From NCBI GenBank assembly GCA_038064475.1, contig JBBTTA010000001.1, positions 187,795 through 251,794 of the forward strand: 64,000 bases of DNA. Reading direction: 5' to 3'. Below, piece after piece: positions 47,096 through 57,417 of this stretch. The notes under the pieces were generated by a model. That model was not told where the DNA came from and did not search any database. It worked only from the letters and a program-made list of their open reading frames with translations. This DNA is from Patescibacteria group bacterium. Lineage in GTDB: Bacteria; Patescibacteriota; Minisyncoccia; Phycocordibacterales; EsbW-18. Numbering within the stretch: position 1 is the stretch's first letter; every line of letters begins with the position of its first letter. The position numbers and the translations under genes are program-made.

Positions 47096-48548
47096 GACAA
47101 AAGTATTAATTGTTGGTGCTGGTCCTGCGGGACTTGCCTGCGCCCGAGAACTCTCAAAAGCAGGTGTTCCTTTTATTCTCCTTGAAAAAGAATCGTCTGT
47201 TGGTGGTCTCGCACGCACGTATACATTCGAAGAAGATGGTTTGGTGTTCCGAACTGATAACGGTCCACACCGATTCTTCTCAAAAAATAAATACCTCTAC
47301 GAATTCATTGAGGAGTTACTACAAGAAAAATGGATTACCGTACGCCGACAAACACGACAGCTCATTGATGGAAAGTTTTACGATTACCCTATCAATCTCA
47401 TGCAGGCACTCCGGAATATTGGGTTTTTGAATGCCGTACTCATGGGTATTGATTACGCATACGCCCAAATACACTACAAACTTTTGAAGAAACCAATCGT
47501 CTCGTTCGAAGATTACGTGGTTGCCAACTTTGGTAAGCGCCTCGGCCGATTCAACATGATCAATTACACGGAAAAGATTTGGGGCATTCCGGCAACAACA
47601 ATTCACCCTGACTGGGCAGGACAGCGTATCAAAGGTCTTGATTTTGGCTCCGTTATCAAAAACGCGCTCCAGAGAATTTTCAAACGCTCTCGAAACGAAG
47701 GCCCCAAAACACTCATTGAAAGTTTCTACTACCCACAATTTGGCACCGGACTTATTTACGAAACAATAACAAACGATCTCAAAGAGCGTGGCTATGAAGT
47801 TATATGTGATGCAAAGGTTCGTTCTGTCGTCCACAACAAACACACTATAGAAAAAGTAATTGTTGAAAAGGATGGCGAAGAATTTGCTATTGAATGCGAG
47901 ACGCTTATTGAATCAATTCCTTTGCCCGCATTTACACGTTTGTTTTCGCCTTCCGTACCGCAAGAAATTGAAATGGCAGCACGTGAACTTCGTCATCGAA
48001 GCCAGGTCTACCTCTTCATCACACTCGACAAACCATCGATTACTCTCGATCAGTGGATTTACTTCCCCACAGAACGCGTACCGTTTGCACGCGTGAGTGA
48101 AATGAAAAATTTCAGCGCCGACATGTCACCTCACGACAAGACGTCTCTCTTCGTTGAGTTTTTTTGCTTTAAAGATGATGCGGTGTGGAACATGTCACAA
48201 GATGAATTGTTTGAGCTTGCAATTCCGCATTTTGAGGAGTTAGGTTTCTTTACACGCAGTGAGGTGCGCCGACACTACCACATCAAAAAAGAGGATATTT
48301 ATCCTATCTATGACTTGGAATACAAAAAGTATCTCTCCGTTGTGAAAGACTATCTTGATCGTTTTGAAAATCTCTATTACATTGGCCGCCCAGGACGATT
48401 TAAATACAACAACCAAGACCACTCTCTTGAAATGGGTATTCTTGCGGCAAAAAGTATTATCGACAATACGCGCTACGACATCGAATCAGTCGGCGAAGAA
48501 AAAGAATATTTTGAGAAAGGCGCCGTACCAACAAAGACTACTGAATAG
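47082..48548 (+). CDS. FAD-dependent oxidoreductase (UDP-galactopyranose mutase / HemY-like family)
   Basis: IVGAGPAGL, VGGLART, DNGPHRFFSK, GRPGRFKYNNQDHS. Confidence 0.85.
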   Translation: MNTRKTKVLIVGAGPAGLACARELSKAGVPFILLEKESSVGGLARTYTFEEDGLVFRTDNGPHRFFSKNKYLYEFIEELLQEKWITVRRQTRQLIDGKFYDYPINLMQALRNIGFLNAVLMGIDYAYAQIHYKLLKKPIVSFEDYVVANFGKRLGRFNMINYTEKIWGIPATTIHPDWAGQRIKGLDFGSVIKNALQRIFKRSRNEGPKTLIESFYYPQFGTGLIYETITNDLKERGYEVICDAKVRSVVHNKHTIEKVIVEKDGEEFAIECETLIESIPLPAFTRLFSPSVPQEIEMAARELRHRSQVYLFITLDKPSITLDQWIYFPTERVPFARVSEMKNFSADMSPHDKTSLFVEFFCFKDDAVWNMSQDELFELAIPHFEELGFFTRSEVRRHYHIKKEDIYPIYDLEYKKYLSVVKDYLDRFENLYYIGRPGRFKYNNQDHSLEMGILAAKSIIDNTRYDIESVGEEKEYFEKGAVPTKTTE

Positions 48549-49950
48549 CCTTTCGTCCTCGCATCTTTTCTAGACAAGCGACAAGTCCTCCAAATCCAGC
48601 GAGAAATATAAATGGTTCTGCAGGAATACGATAGCGCGGAATTGATACAGGGCCGGTGAGTAGTGCAAAAATACAAACAAGCCCAATGAGTAAAAGAAGC
48701 GCGCGACGCGCTTCTTTTTTGTATAGACATAAACCAACAAACCCAAAAAGGACGAGAAATCCCCACGCAAGACGTTCAAAGGTAAACGGTAGTTCACGAA
48801 GTGCTTTTTGTATAAGAACCTGTATGCGTCCTTGCATAAGTTCATCTTGAAGAGTCTGTTGAACCCCTCCCGTATGTTCAGGCGACGTAAAAATCCCAGC
48901 AAAAATCGTCGTCATGTTTTTTAGATCACTTCCGACAAAGAAAGGAAGTGTTTTTACACTATGAAAAAAGCTATACGAAAGCATATTCCCTGAAAGATGT
49001 TCACGTGTTATTTCTTTCATGTGAGTCGTGTAGGCAAATGTTTTCAATTCCTGATCGGTTGGCATACCGAGCTCATCAAGAATTTGTTTTCGAGATTCAT
49101 CAGATGAAATATTTTTATGGTATGCATCAAAGAACGCAACATTGTAGAAAAGTGCATTATATGAACCGATTGATGAAAAAGATTTTGTTCCTGCGATTTG
49201 ATCATTACGAACAATCCACGGCGTAATACAGAGAAGTCCAACGATTCCAATAACCAGGCTACGAACAAGTACTGCTCGTATGGTATTCAACGAACAGAGA
49301 GTGTACACAAAAAGAAATGCTGGTATCGCAAAAAGTGCTATGGATCGAATATACACAAGTGCACCAAAAAGAATTCCTTGGAGAAGTGCTATGCGAAGTG
49401 GTTTATGACTCTCAACGAAAAAGAGAAGGGTGAAACATACGAGTATAAAAGTAAAAAGTACGTCACTAAACAGAGTAAGTGTATGCATAATGACTACAGG
49501 ACTTATTCCGTAGAAAAATGCTGCAGAAAAACCCGCTGTCGGAGAAAGTGTTTTTCTCCCCAGTTCATATATACCGAGACTCGTACATATAACAAGAAGA
49601 ATCTGGGCGACAATCACCATGTACATTGAACCAAATACATACAGGATATACGCAATGAATACGGGGTACCCAGGGGTACGAAATACTTCGTGTGCTCGAA
49701 TACCGTCCCGTTCTTGAACGAATGTATGCTCCTTAAGAATACTCGTCCCTAACACGGCATATTCTTTTGAATCATCATCAAGGAGAAGAAATGATTCGAC
49801 TGGATCTATGTTATTTGTTTTTAAAAAAACAAGGGTGGTTGTAGCAAGTACAAGGTATAACGCGCACAAAAAAACAATTAAAAAAGTATATACGCGTGGA
49901 GCGTCATTTGTCCAAGAAACAAAACGATCAAAGATACCTTGAAGTTTCAT
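48538..49950 (-). CDS. GT-C fold membrane glycosyltransferase (ArnT/PMT-like)
   Basis: DSKEY, FRTPGYP, PWIVRN, RYRIP; many TM segments. Confidence 0.8.
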   Translation of the reverse strand: MKLQGIFDRFVSWTNDAPRVYTFLIVFLCALYLVLATTTLVFLKTNNIDPVESFLLLDDDSKEYAVLGTSILKEHTFVQERDGIRAHEVFRTPGYPVFIAYILYVFGSMYMVIVAQILLVICTSLGIYELGRKTLSPTAGFSAAFFYGISPVVIMHTLTLFSDVLFTFILVCFTLLFFVESHKPLRIALLQGILFGALVYIRSIALFAIPAFLFVYTLCSLNTIRAVLVRSLVIGIVGLLCITPWIVRNDQIAGTKSFSSIGSYNALFYNVAFFDAYHKNISSDESRKQILDELGMPTDQELKTFAYTTHMKEITREHLSGNMLSYSFFHSVKTLPFFVGSDLKNMTTIFAGIFTSPEHTGGVQQTLQDELMQGRIQVLIQKALRELPFTFERLAWGFLVLFGFVGLCLYKKEARRALLLLIGLVCIFALLTGPVSIPRYRIPAEPFIFLAGFGGLVACLEKMRGRKAIQ

Positions 49951-49955
49951 AGAAA

Positions 49956-50672
49956 TTACGCTCGTATAAAGACGCCGTCTTCGAACAACGGCATTCCGTC
50001 TTTGCCCAGCTTTGTATTTATGCCTCCGGCATAGGTAAACCCTAGCTCCGTGAGTGTTGTATGGAGTTCTTCAAAAAGGGCCTGCCCTTCATAGAGTTCT
50101 TTAAAACAGAGTTCCATGAGCACTACCTTTGCCTGTGCAACAGTTTCTCGCCCGCCCGCGAGTATGTGTCGCTCAAATCCTTGGGCATCGAATTTTACGA
50201 GAAGGTTTGGTGTTACGGTGAATTCTTTCACAACAGTGTCTAGACGTCGCACCTGAATCGTTTCTGTTGCTGTTTCAAGAGATGTTGGATACGTATCTTT
50301 ATGTGCAGATGCAAGAGGAAGCAACGACGAGCTCGGTGAGTGTACATTTATGTGCATCGAAACAGTTTCTTCTTTTTCTCCAAGCGCATAGGGAAATGCC
50401 TTGAAATACGCGTCTGACTTCATCTCTTCAACCAATTGTTCATATGTCCCTTGTACCGGTTCAAATGAATAAATCATTGCTTCAGGCAGTACGTCACGAA
50501 TTTCACGCGCAAATTGTCCCACATTCGCCCCGATGTCGATAACCGTTTTGATGTTGTATTCTCTCGCCCACGCAAGCGGATTCTTTTTTGTTTTAAAACG
50601 CACGACATCAATGCCGAGCGCATGAATAGCTTTTTTTATTCCCTGTTTTATAGAACGCGTCATAGTATTCAT
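49956..50672 (-). CDS. FkbM-family methyltransferase
   Basis: IDIGANVGQ, SFEP, KFDAQGFE. Confidence 0.9.
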   Translation of the reverse strand: MNTMTRSIKQGIKKAIHALGIDVVRFKTKKNPLAWAREYNIKTVIDIGANVGQFAREIRDVLPEAMIYSFEPVQGTYEQLVEEMKSDAYFKAFPYALGEKEETVSMHINVHSPSSSLLPLASAHKDTYPTSLETATETIQVRRLDTVVKEFTVTPNLLVKFDAQGFERHILAGGRETVAQAKVVLMELCFKELYEGQALFEELHTTLTELGFTYAGGINTKLGKDGMPLFEDGVFIRA

Positions 50673-50763
50673 GAATATATGTGTGCTGGTATACGCGCTT
50701 TTGGTATAGAAAATGGCCCCTAATGAAGACAGACTACCACGTTTATATGACTTGGTCTAAGAC

Positions 50764-51756
50764 TTAAAAATACGAGAGGGTCTTTGTGACGAGAGATTTG
50801 AGCGTGTGTGTATTGAGAAGCCACTCATGCACGTGCTCTGTGTTTTTCTTACGATCCTCGGGAGAAGTTTTGTAGAACTCTTCTAGTTTCTTTTGTGGAT
50901 CTGTCACCGCAAAATCAAATGCGGTATTCGTTGTCACAATAGGAAGCTTCGCAGCCGCCGCATCAAGAAGTGCCTTATCAAGACTTCCTGTTATTCCAAG
51001 ATTAAAGAATACGTCATATGCGTACAATTTCTGTGTTAGTTCTGCATATGGCATACCACCAAGAAATTCTACATACTCAGAAACATTTTTTGAACGAGCG
51101 TGTGCAATAAGTGTTTCTGTATATGCTGTATCTCCTGATCCAATGAGCGTGAGTGTTGCGGGAATTTTTTTTGTGCGAAGATCAGAAACAGTGTCAATCA
51201 TCTTTTCAATCTGTTTTGCAGACGTGATACGCCCTGCAGTCACAAGTTTGAATGTATCTCCAATTATATAGTCGGTCTTTTGTACAAAGAGTGTTGGGTC
51301 AATCCCCTGCCCTACAATACGTTTTTTCTTTGTTTCTATACGAAATCCTTCTTTTGTTGAGGTAACAACACTCTGTGTAAAAAACGTTGCGAGACGAAGT
51401 GAGAACGTTGTTTTACCGTGTGCATACCAAAGCGAAACCTTCTTTCCCAATAACCACCACAACTTCCAACCAAGAATCACATATATCTGATTCATGTGCA
51501 CAAACACAACATCGTAGTGTTTTCTCTCTTTCCAAATGTATGTATAAAAACGCACCAAATATGTGAGTTTGGAAACCCCTTTTTCTTTTCCGAGAGATAA
51601 CACGGAAACATTATTTGGAAGTGCATGCTTCCCCTCAAATAAACAAATCACGGTCACTTTCTCACATTGCTTTGCAAATTCCTCAATCCAGCGATGAAAA
51701 AAACCAAGGTTATCATCAGCACTATCTACCTTTTGTGTGAGAATGAGAAGGCGCAT
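50764..51756 (-). CDS. GT4 glycosyltransferase
   Basis: LLILTQKVD..DDNLGFFH, AGRITSAK, TGSLDKALL. Confidence 0.88.
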   Translation of the reverse strand: MRLLILTQKVDSADDNLGFFHRWIEEFAKQCEKVTVICLFEGKHALPNNVSVLSLGKEKGVSKLTYLVRFYTYIWKERKHYDVVFVHMNQIYVILGWKLWWLLGKKVSLWYAHGKTTFSLRLATFFTQSVVTSTKEGFRIETKKKRIVGQGIDPTLFVQKTDYIIGDTFKLVTAGRITSAKQIEKMIDTVSDLRTKKIPATLTLIGSGDTAYTETLIAHARSKNVSEYVEFLGGMPYAELTQKLYAYDVFFNLGITGSLDKALLDAAAAKLPIVTTNTAFDFAVTDPQKKLEEFYKTSPEDRKKNTEHVHEWLLNTHTLKSLVTKTLSYF

Positions 51757-51757
51757 A

Positions 51758-52837
51758 TTAGACAAAAAGTTGATTCAAGAGCCACACAATATGCGAAATG
51801 AGGATACATACAACAAGAAAGACACGCACAGAATTCTTCATTGTTAGACGCTCAATTCCCCATACACAGAGGATTGCAAGTGCTGGCACAAAGACATAAA
51901 AGAGTCGCGACGAGATGGCACCCCATACAAGCGCTAAAAATGGTACCGAGGCTGCCAAGAAAAGAAAAAGTTTGGTGAGATAGTTTTGTTCTCGTATCGT
52001 ACGATAGGCAAATGGAATCGCAAACCATCCGATCATAAGGAGTGCGAAGAAACTTTTGGTAATCATGTAGGTGCGTCCTTCATTGTAGAAATATGGAAGT
52101 CCCCCGTTCAAATACCAATCGAGATATGTGTAGTGATACGTGGACCACACGTACAGTTGCCAGAGAGCTGTAAGTACGACCCATACACCGTTACCGTAGA
52201 TAAGATATTTTATTTTCTCCTTAACAGAAAGTGCTGTTCGTGGATAGAAAATAATAATGACATTGAAAATAATAAGGTGCACAATACTGTACTCTTTCAC
52301 TAAAAAGCCCACGCCAGCAATGACAGCATTTATGATTACCAATGACAATTTTGGTGTACGTATGAAAAGAAGTGTTGCAAGAAGCCCCGCAACGTAGAAA
52401 AAGAGTGCGCCTGTTTCGGTGTAGAAATCCAATCCATACCGGAGCATTGGATACGACAATGAAAACAGTGCCGTTGCAGAAAGTGCGGCAAATAATGAAC
52501 CATTAAAAAATGTTCTGAAAAAGAGGTACGAAACAAGAACAAGAAGCACATAGAAAAAGAGCATTTGTATGAGAAATCCCCCTTCAACATCTCCGTCCGG
52601 TGAAAGGAACGTAACAAATGCGGGTGCAAGTGGTTTTAAGATTCGTGAAGGAGACTGTTCGGCGGTAAGGTCCCCTCCAAAAAACTTTGCTGTCTCAATG
52701 TATTGAAGATAGTCGCTATTGCGATCAAGGTGATGTGTGCTTGTTTTGTAAAGGAAGAAAGAAAACCCAACTGCGATAATACAAAAAAGTGCTATACCTT
52801 CTGTCTTCGTTATTTTCCACCACGATTGTTCCTGCAT
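51758..52837 (-). CDS. Polytopic membrane protein, probable GT-C or polymerase
   Basis: About 9-10 TM segments; DYLQY, KE and SRLF motifs; inside the glycan cluster. Confidence 0.65.
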   Translation of the reverse strand: MQEQSWWKITKTEGIALFCIIAVGFSFFLYKTSTHHLDRNSDYLQYIETAKFFGGDLTAEQSPSRILKPLAPAFVTFLSPDGDVEGGFLIQMLFFYVLLVLVSYLFFRTFFNGSLFAALSATALFSLSYPMLRYGLDFYTETGALFFYVAGLLATLLFIRTPKLSLVIINAVIAGVGFLVKEYSIVHLIIFNVIIIFYPRTALSVKEKIKYLIYGNGVWVVLTALWQLYVWSTYHYTYLDWYLNGGLPYFYNEGRTYMITKSFFALLMIGWFAIPFAYRTIREQNYLTKLFLFLAASVPFLALVWGAISSRLFYVFVPALAILCVWGIERLTMKNSVRVFLVVCILISHIVWLLNQLFV

Positions 52838-52840
52838 ATA

Positions 52841-53536
52841 TTATGGAAAAAGGTTGAAACGAAGAATATGCCAGAGTGCAGCCACACCATCTTTCCACGT
52901 GATCTTTTTCCCATCGCTGTATGTGCGCCCATAATATGAAATACCCACTTCGTAGACCCGACACTTTTTCTGGGCAACTCGTGCGGTAATTTCCGGTTCA
53001 ATACCAAAACGTTCTGCATGAAGGTTGTTTTTAAAACTATCAAGGGCAGATCGTGTAAATACTTTGTAGCAGGTTTCCATATCAGTAAGATTGAGCCCCG
53101 TGAGAAGATTTGAGAAAAGCGTCAAAAATCTATTGCCTAAATAGTGGTACGTGTACAAAACGCGATGTGGCCTGCTTCCCACAAAGCGTGACCCATACAC
53201 AACATCGGCGTGCCCAGCGAGGATTGGCTTGAGAAGAATTGGATACTCATTCGGATCATATTCGAGATCTGCATCTTGAATAAGAACGATGTCTCCTGTG
53301 GCCTCGCGCATACCTGTTATAAGCGCCCCGCCTTTGCCTTTATTGTATTCGTGTTTGTACACACGAATATCTGGAAATGTTGCTGCAATCTCTACACTTT
53401 TATCCTTTGACGCATCATCAACAACAATGATTTCTTTTTGTAGCCCACACACATCCGCCTTTTGCACAGCGGTAATAACCGTTGCAAGCGTTTTTTCTTC
53501 GTTGTAACACGGAATGATAATAGAAACTGTTTTCAT
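52841..53536 (-). CDS. GT2 polyprenol-phosphate glycosyltransferase (DPM1-like)
   Basis: IIPCYNEE, VDDAS, NKGKG, QDADLEYDP, DMETCYK. Confidence 0.93.
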   Translation of the reverse strand: MKTVSIIIPCYNEEKTLATVITAVQKADVCGLQKEIIVVDDASKDKSVEIAATFPDIRVYKHEYNKGKGGALITGMREATGDIVLIQDADLEYDPNEYPILLKPILAGHADVVYGSRFVGSRPHRVLYTYHYLGNRFLTLFSNLLTGLNLTDMETCYKVFTRSALDSFKNNLHAERFGIEPEITARVAQKKCRVYEVGISYYGRTYSDGKKITWKDGVAALWHILRFNLFP

Positions 53537-53537
53537 A

Positions 53538-55082
53538 CTAGTGTAGTGTGCGTCTACGTGAGACGAAAATATGTCGAGAGTATATGTAAAAGGTTAGAAA
53601 AGCGAGGAGTCCACTCGCGATGACTTGCGAGACAATATAGTGGAACCCAAGGATGCTCGTACACACATACAATATAAGTGCATTACCCCCTACTCCGAGG
53701 ATACCCGTGAGAAGGAACAGCCACGCTTGGTAGTGAACGGTGTCTTTCTGAAAATCCTCAAATGTCCAAAGTTTCTGAAGCACAAAACTCGTTGTCTGAG
53801 AAAAAATAAAGGCAAGAGTTCCTGACAAAAGATACCACAGGTGCAGATTCTCCGTAAGGAAATAGAGAAGGCCAACCTGCACCGCAAAACCCATTCCTCC
53901 CGACACCAAAAAACGAGGAATACGGGCTGCTGATGAACGCGCACTCAACTCATGTGTTTCGACAAAATGTGCGAGAGGGCGTTGAAAGTCAAGGATGCTC
54001 TTATCGCCGTATTCTTTTTGGTACACACGTCGTATCTCTTTTGAAAAAAGGTCGAGTGTTTCAGGATGCTGTATATATGAGTCTATTTTTTCAACCCAAA
54101 CTTCTGGTGCGCTTCCCTGTTCAACGATGTGCCCCGTGACACCGTCAATAACGAGTCCCTGAAGACCGCTCACGCGCGACGAAATAATCGGCATACTCGA
54201 GAGCGCAGCTTCCATAAACACTTTTGGAAATCCTTCGTAATAGGACGTGAGAATAAGGAGATGGTGTTTGCTATATGCCTCGATAAGTTCTTCTCGGCTT
54301 AAAAGCCCAAGATCATGAAAAATACTTTCAACATTGTCCTCTTTAATTCTCTCTAGAAACTCCTGTTTGCAAGGACCATCGCCCGCAACAGAAAAGTGTA
54401 CCTGTTCTCCTAAAAGCTCTTTTGATTTCTTCACTATCTCTGAAAACAAAGGAATATTTTTTTGCTTTACAAAACGCCCGACAAACAAGATACGCAAAGG
54501 TAACGCAAACGATGGTATGTGTGCATGAGCAAACCGTCCCTGATCCGGAGGCAGTACAGGTTTGAAAAATACTTTGTCACCATATTTTTTCTGAAGCGGA
54601 GGAATAGTTTCTGGTCCATCAGTTTGAATGGCTGTGGCTTGCGGCACTATACATCGCGCAATGAGTGTATAGATGCGACGTGATAGTGATTCTGTACGCA
54701 CATGTTTGTTGAAAATATCTGTACCAAAAACACTCACCACAAAAGGTATTTGTTGCGTCACATTCACTATAAACGCGCAGAATCCAAACATGAATGGGTC
54801 CTGCGCAATGATTGATGAGTATTTCTTTCCACGCGCGAGTCCGCGAGCGCGGAACACCATACGCACGAATTGTTGGATTTTTGTGTTTCCGTAGATTGGC
54901 TCCACTGACACATTCCCTCGCTCGGCTCTTTGTATGCCACGCACAGATGTAGGCACAAGTACTGTCACCTTCTCATACAATCGCCCATACTCTTGCATAC
55001 GCAAAAATGCATCACTTGTCGCATCAAAGAGTGCTTTGTCACTTCCGAGTATAAGAACGGGTTTAAAAATTATCTGCTGCAT
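53538..55082 (-). CDS. GT4 glycosyltransferase fused to a C-terminal GtrA domain
   Basis: VGRFVKQKN, SYYEGFPKVFMEA, then RFLVSGG...SFVLQKLWTF. Confidence 0.88.
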   Translation of the reverse strand: MQQIIFKPVLILGSDKALFDATSDAFLRMQEYGRLYEKVTVLVPTSVRGIQRAERGNVSVEPIYGNTKIQQFVRMVFRARGLARGKKYSSIIAQDPFMFGFCAFIVNVTQQIPFVVSVFGTDIFNKHVRTESLSRRIYTLIARCIVPQATAIQTDGPETIPPLQKKYGDKVFFKPVLPPDQGRFAHAHIPSFALPLRILFVGRFVKQKNIPLFSEIVKKSKELLGEQVHFSVAGDGPCKQEFLERIKEDNVESIFHDLGLLSREELIEAYSKHHLLILTSYYEGFPKVFMEAALSSMPIISSRVSGLQGLVIDGVTGHIVEQGSAPEVWVEKIDSYIQHPETLDLFSKEIRRVYQKEYGDKSILDFQRPLAHFVETHELSARSSAARIPRFLVSGGMGFAVQVGLLYFLTENLHLWYLLSGTLAFIFSQTTSFVLQKLWTFEDFQKDTVHYQAWLFLLTGILGVGGNALILYVCTSILGFHYIVSQVIASGLLAFLTFYIYSRHIFVSRRRTLH

Positions 55083-56131
55083 AGCGTCAAAAATTCTTTC
55101 GCAATATCCGCGTACGTGTGCGCAAACGACAATCGCTGTACCTTTTCAACATAGCTGCCATACGTTGCCGAATTACACATAGAAATAATTGCCGTCGTAA
55201 TCTCTTCCTGATTTCTCGGATCAACGTAGAGTGCCGCATCCCCGATGCGCTCCTTTAAACCATTCTCTGATGTCAGCACAACAGGCTTTCCGTAGGAGAG
55301 GGCACGCAATACGTGGTTTGGACTTATGTCACCAAGCGAAACAAGAAGACATGCATACGCCTCTTTAATGCGACGCAGAGCCTCTTCGTGAGGAAGCCCA
55401 AAGAGAAACTCAAGATGTGCTTCTGGAACTCGTTTCCGAACATCTTCAAATGCTTTCTTTGCTATATCAATGTTCTTCCACATGAGAGGCCGCGCCGCCG
55501 CGTACACAAATACCTTATCCGTTGGTATCTGTGCTGTGTGTGCGGGCTCAAAACGATTTTCAATGATTGAAACTGACGGCATTTCAAAGAGTCTATACGG
55601 ATTCATCCAAATACCTTTTTGGTAGTTTGTGCTAAACACCACATGCGTCATTTGTGAGAGTGTGAAGTGCGTGAGTGCAAATACGACTTTCTCTTTGAGC
55701 GTCAATGAGCGTTCTTTCGCGTAAAATTCCGAGAGAAGAATCTTTTCTTTTGTTCGTTCAATATACTCCTCCCATAAAAAATCACCGCCCGTGCGAAGAA
55801 TTGCTTTTCCTCCAAACAATGTGTGCAGACATGCCACAGGCAATCCAACACTGAACGTGTCGAGAACCAACGTCCAATCACTCGTAATATATGCAGGAAA
55901 TGTTTTGAAAAAATAAAAAAGATGGCGAATGCCTGTGGGAAGTTTTCTCTCAACACCGAATGTGCGGATAGTTACTGTATGTCCAAGTTTTTCGAACTCG
56001 TCTTTGAGCGACTTTGCGTAGTACGATGGACCACCCGCATGCGGTGGATAGACTCCTGTTGCGATGAGGATTTTCATCCCGTTAGAAGTTTCTGAACCTA
56101 CTTTATTTTGTTTTCTTTTGAAAAAACTCAT
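55070..56131 (-). CDS. GT4 glycosyltransferase (core start 56077; element-derived 18 aa leader from 56131)
   Basis: MKILIATGVYPPHAGGP, DISPN, GKPVVLT. Confidence 0.88.
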   Translation of the reverse strand: MSFFKRKQNKVGSETSNGMKILIATGVYPPHAGGPSYYAKSLKDEFEKLGHTVTIRTFGVERKLPTGIRHLFYFFKTFPAYITSDWTLVLDTFSVGLPVACLHTLFGGKAILRTGGDFLWEEYIERTKEKILLSEFYAKERSLTLKEKVVFALTHFTLSQMTHVVFSTNYQKGIWMNPYRLFEMPSVSIIENRFEPAHTAQIPTDKVFVYAAARPLMWKNIDIAKKAFEDVRKRVPEAHLEFLFGLPHEEALRRIKEAYACLLVSLGDISPNHVLRALSYGKPVVLTSENGLKERIGDAALYVDPRNQEEITTAIISMCNSATYGSYVEKVQRLSFAHTYADIAKEFLTLCSR

Positions 56132-56175
56132 CTCTCATTAATGTTATCGCACCACCTCTCTATACTTCTAACGGG
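56078..56175. mobile_element. 98 bp MITE-like element B
   Basis: cccgttagaagt / acttctaacggg termini; TTTCAT (56072-56077) and ATTCAT (56176-56181); homologous to element A. Confidence 0.8.
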
Positions 56176-56177
56176 AT

Positions 56178-57398
56178 TCATAGACGTTCAAAAAGTTTTT
56201 TCATGTCGAGAGCGATTACCGACCAATCGTAGCGCTCTTTTACCATTGCGCGCGCATTCGCAATAATGCGAAGACGAAGCGCCTTGTCTTGCATGTATCG
56301 CTCGACATTCTGCGCAATGCTTTGTGGGTCTTGTACTTTACAAAACAATCCTGTTGGGGTTACTTTGCCCATTGGTGTTGCAGGATCGATCAAAAAGTCA
56401 GGGATACCACCAATACGTGTGCCAATTGTAGGAATGCCTGCCGCCATCGCTTCGATAAAACTATTTCCCATACCTTCTGAACGTGAAGGACGTACAAACA
56501 CATTCGAAACGTAGAGATACATCGGCAATGTTGCATGTGGAACATACCCTGTAAAACGAACTCGTTTTGAAACTCCAGCTGCATGCGCAACATTCCACAG
56601 TGTCTCACCGAGAGGTCCTTCGCCTACGACAATGAGTTTAACGCGATCAGGAAGATACTTGAGTGAGCGAATGATGTCGTCGATGCCATTCTTTGGAACG
56701 AGACGTGATGTGGTAATGAGAAAGAAGTCGTCGTCATTTTTTTGAAGTTTTTTTGCAAGTGTTTCGCCCTTCTGCATCCATCGTGGATCAGCAAAATGCT
56801 CGTAATCAACACCATTCGGAATAACTGAAACAGCACCGCGATACCCCATATGTTTTGCGAATTCTCCTAAGTACACTGAAATTGCTTGCACATGTCGCGC
56901 CTCCGTAAAAATGCGTTTCAAAAGAGGCGCGACGAGACGGATGCGAAAACGTTTGGTGATGTGATCAACCGTATCGCCATCTTGCAGTGTCAAAAGAAAT
57001 GGTGTCGTATCGCGTGCAAACATACGCAATAACACAGCAGGAAATCCCATGTTCGTCATGAGCGACCAATAAAGGTCGTAGGTGTGTTCGCGCGAAAGTA
57101 TGCGCGCTTTTTTATACGCCCACCATACATATGCAACTTTTATGAGGTGCCACGGAAATTTTGAAAGTTCTGTGAGCGGGAGTGCTTTTTTTGCACGTCC
57201 AACACGATGAATCGTAATATTTCCTACCTTTTCTGTTTCAGGAAGATCCGTATCCACTCGAAGCGTAATCATGTCAAAAGCAACCGACGATGAGTCAATT
57301 CGATCGGTTATTTCCTTCACAGCCACTTCGGCACCCCCCACAAAAGGTTGGTACATAAGGGAGAAAATGAGTACCCGCTTCTTCTGCTTCCCCGGCAT
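56178..57398 (-). CDS. GT4 glycosyltransferase
   Basis: PFVGGAEVA, TSRLVPKNG, SRSEGMGNSFIEAMAAG. Confidence 0.92.
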   Translation of the reverse strand: MPGKQKKRVLIFSLMYQPFVGGAEVAVKEITDRIDSSSVAFDMITLRVDTDLPETEKVGNITIHRVGRAKKALPLTELSKFPWHLIKVAYVWWAYKKARILSREHTYDLYWSLMTNMGFPAVLLRMFARDTTPFLLTLQDGDTVDHITKRFRIRLVAPLLKRIFTEARHVQAISVYLGEFAKHMGYRGAVSVIPNGVDYEHFADPRWMQKGETLAKKLQKNDDDFFLITTSRLVPKNGIDDIIRSLKYLPDRVKLIVVGEGPLGETLWNVAHAAGVSKRVRFTGYVPHATLPMYLYVSNVFVRPSRSEGMGNSFIEAMAAGIPTIGTRIGGIPDFLIDPATPMGKVTPTGLFCKVQDPQSIAQNVERYMQDKALRLRIIANARAMVKERYDWSVIALDMKKLFERL

Positions 57399-57417
57399 AC
57401 TGGCATCATAGCACGCT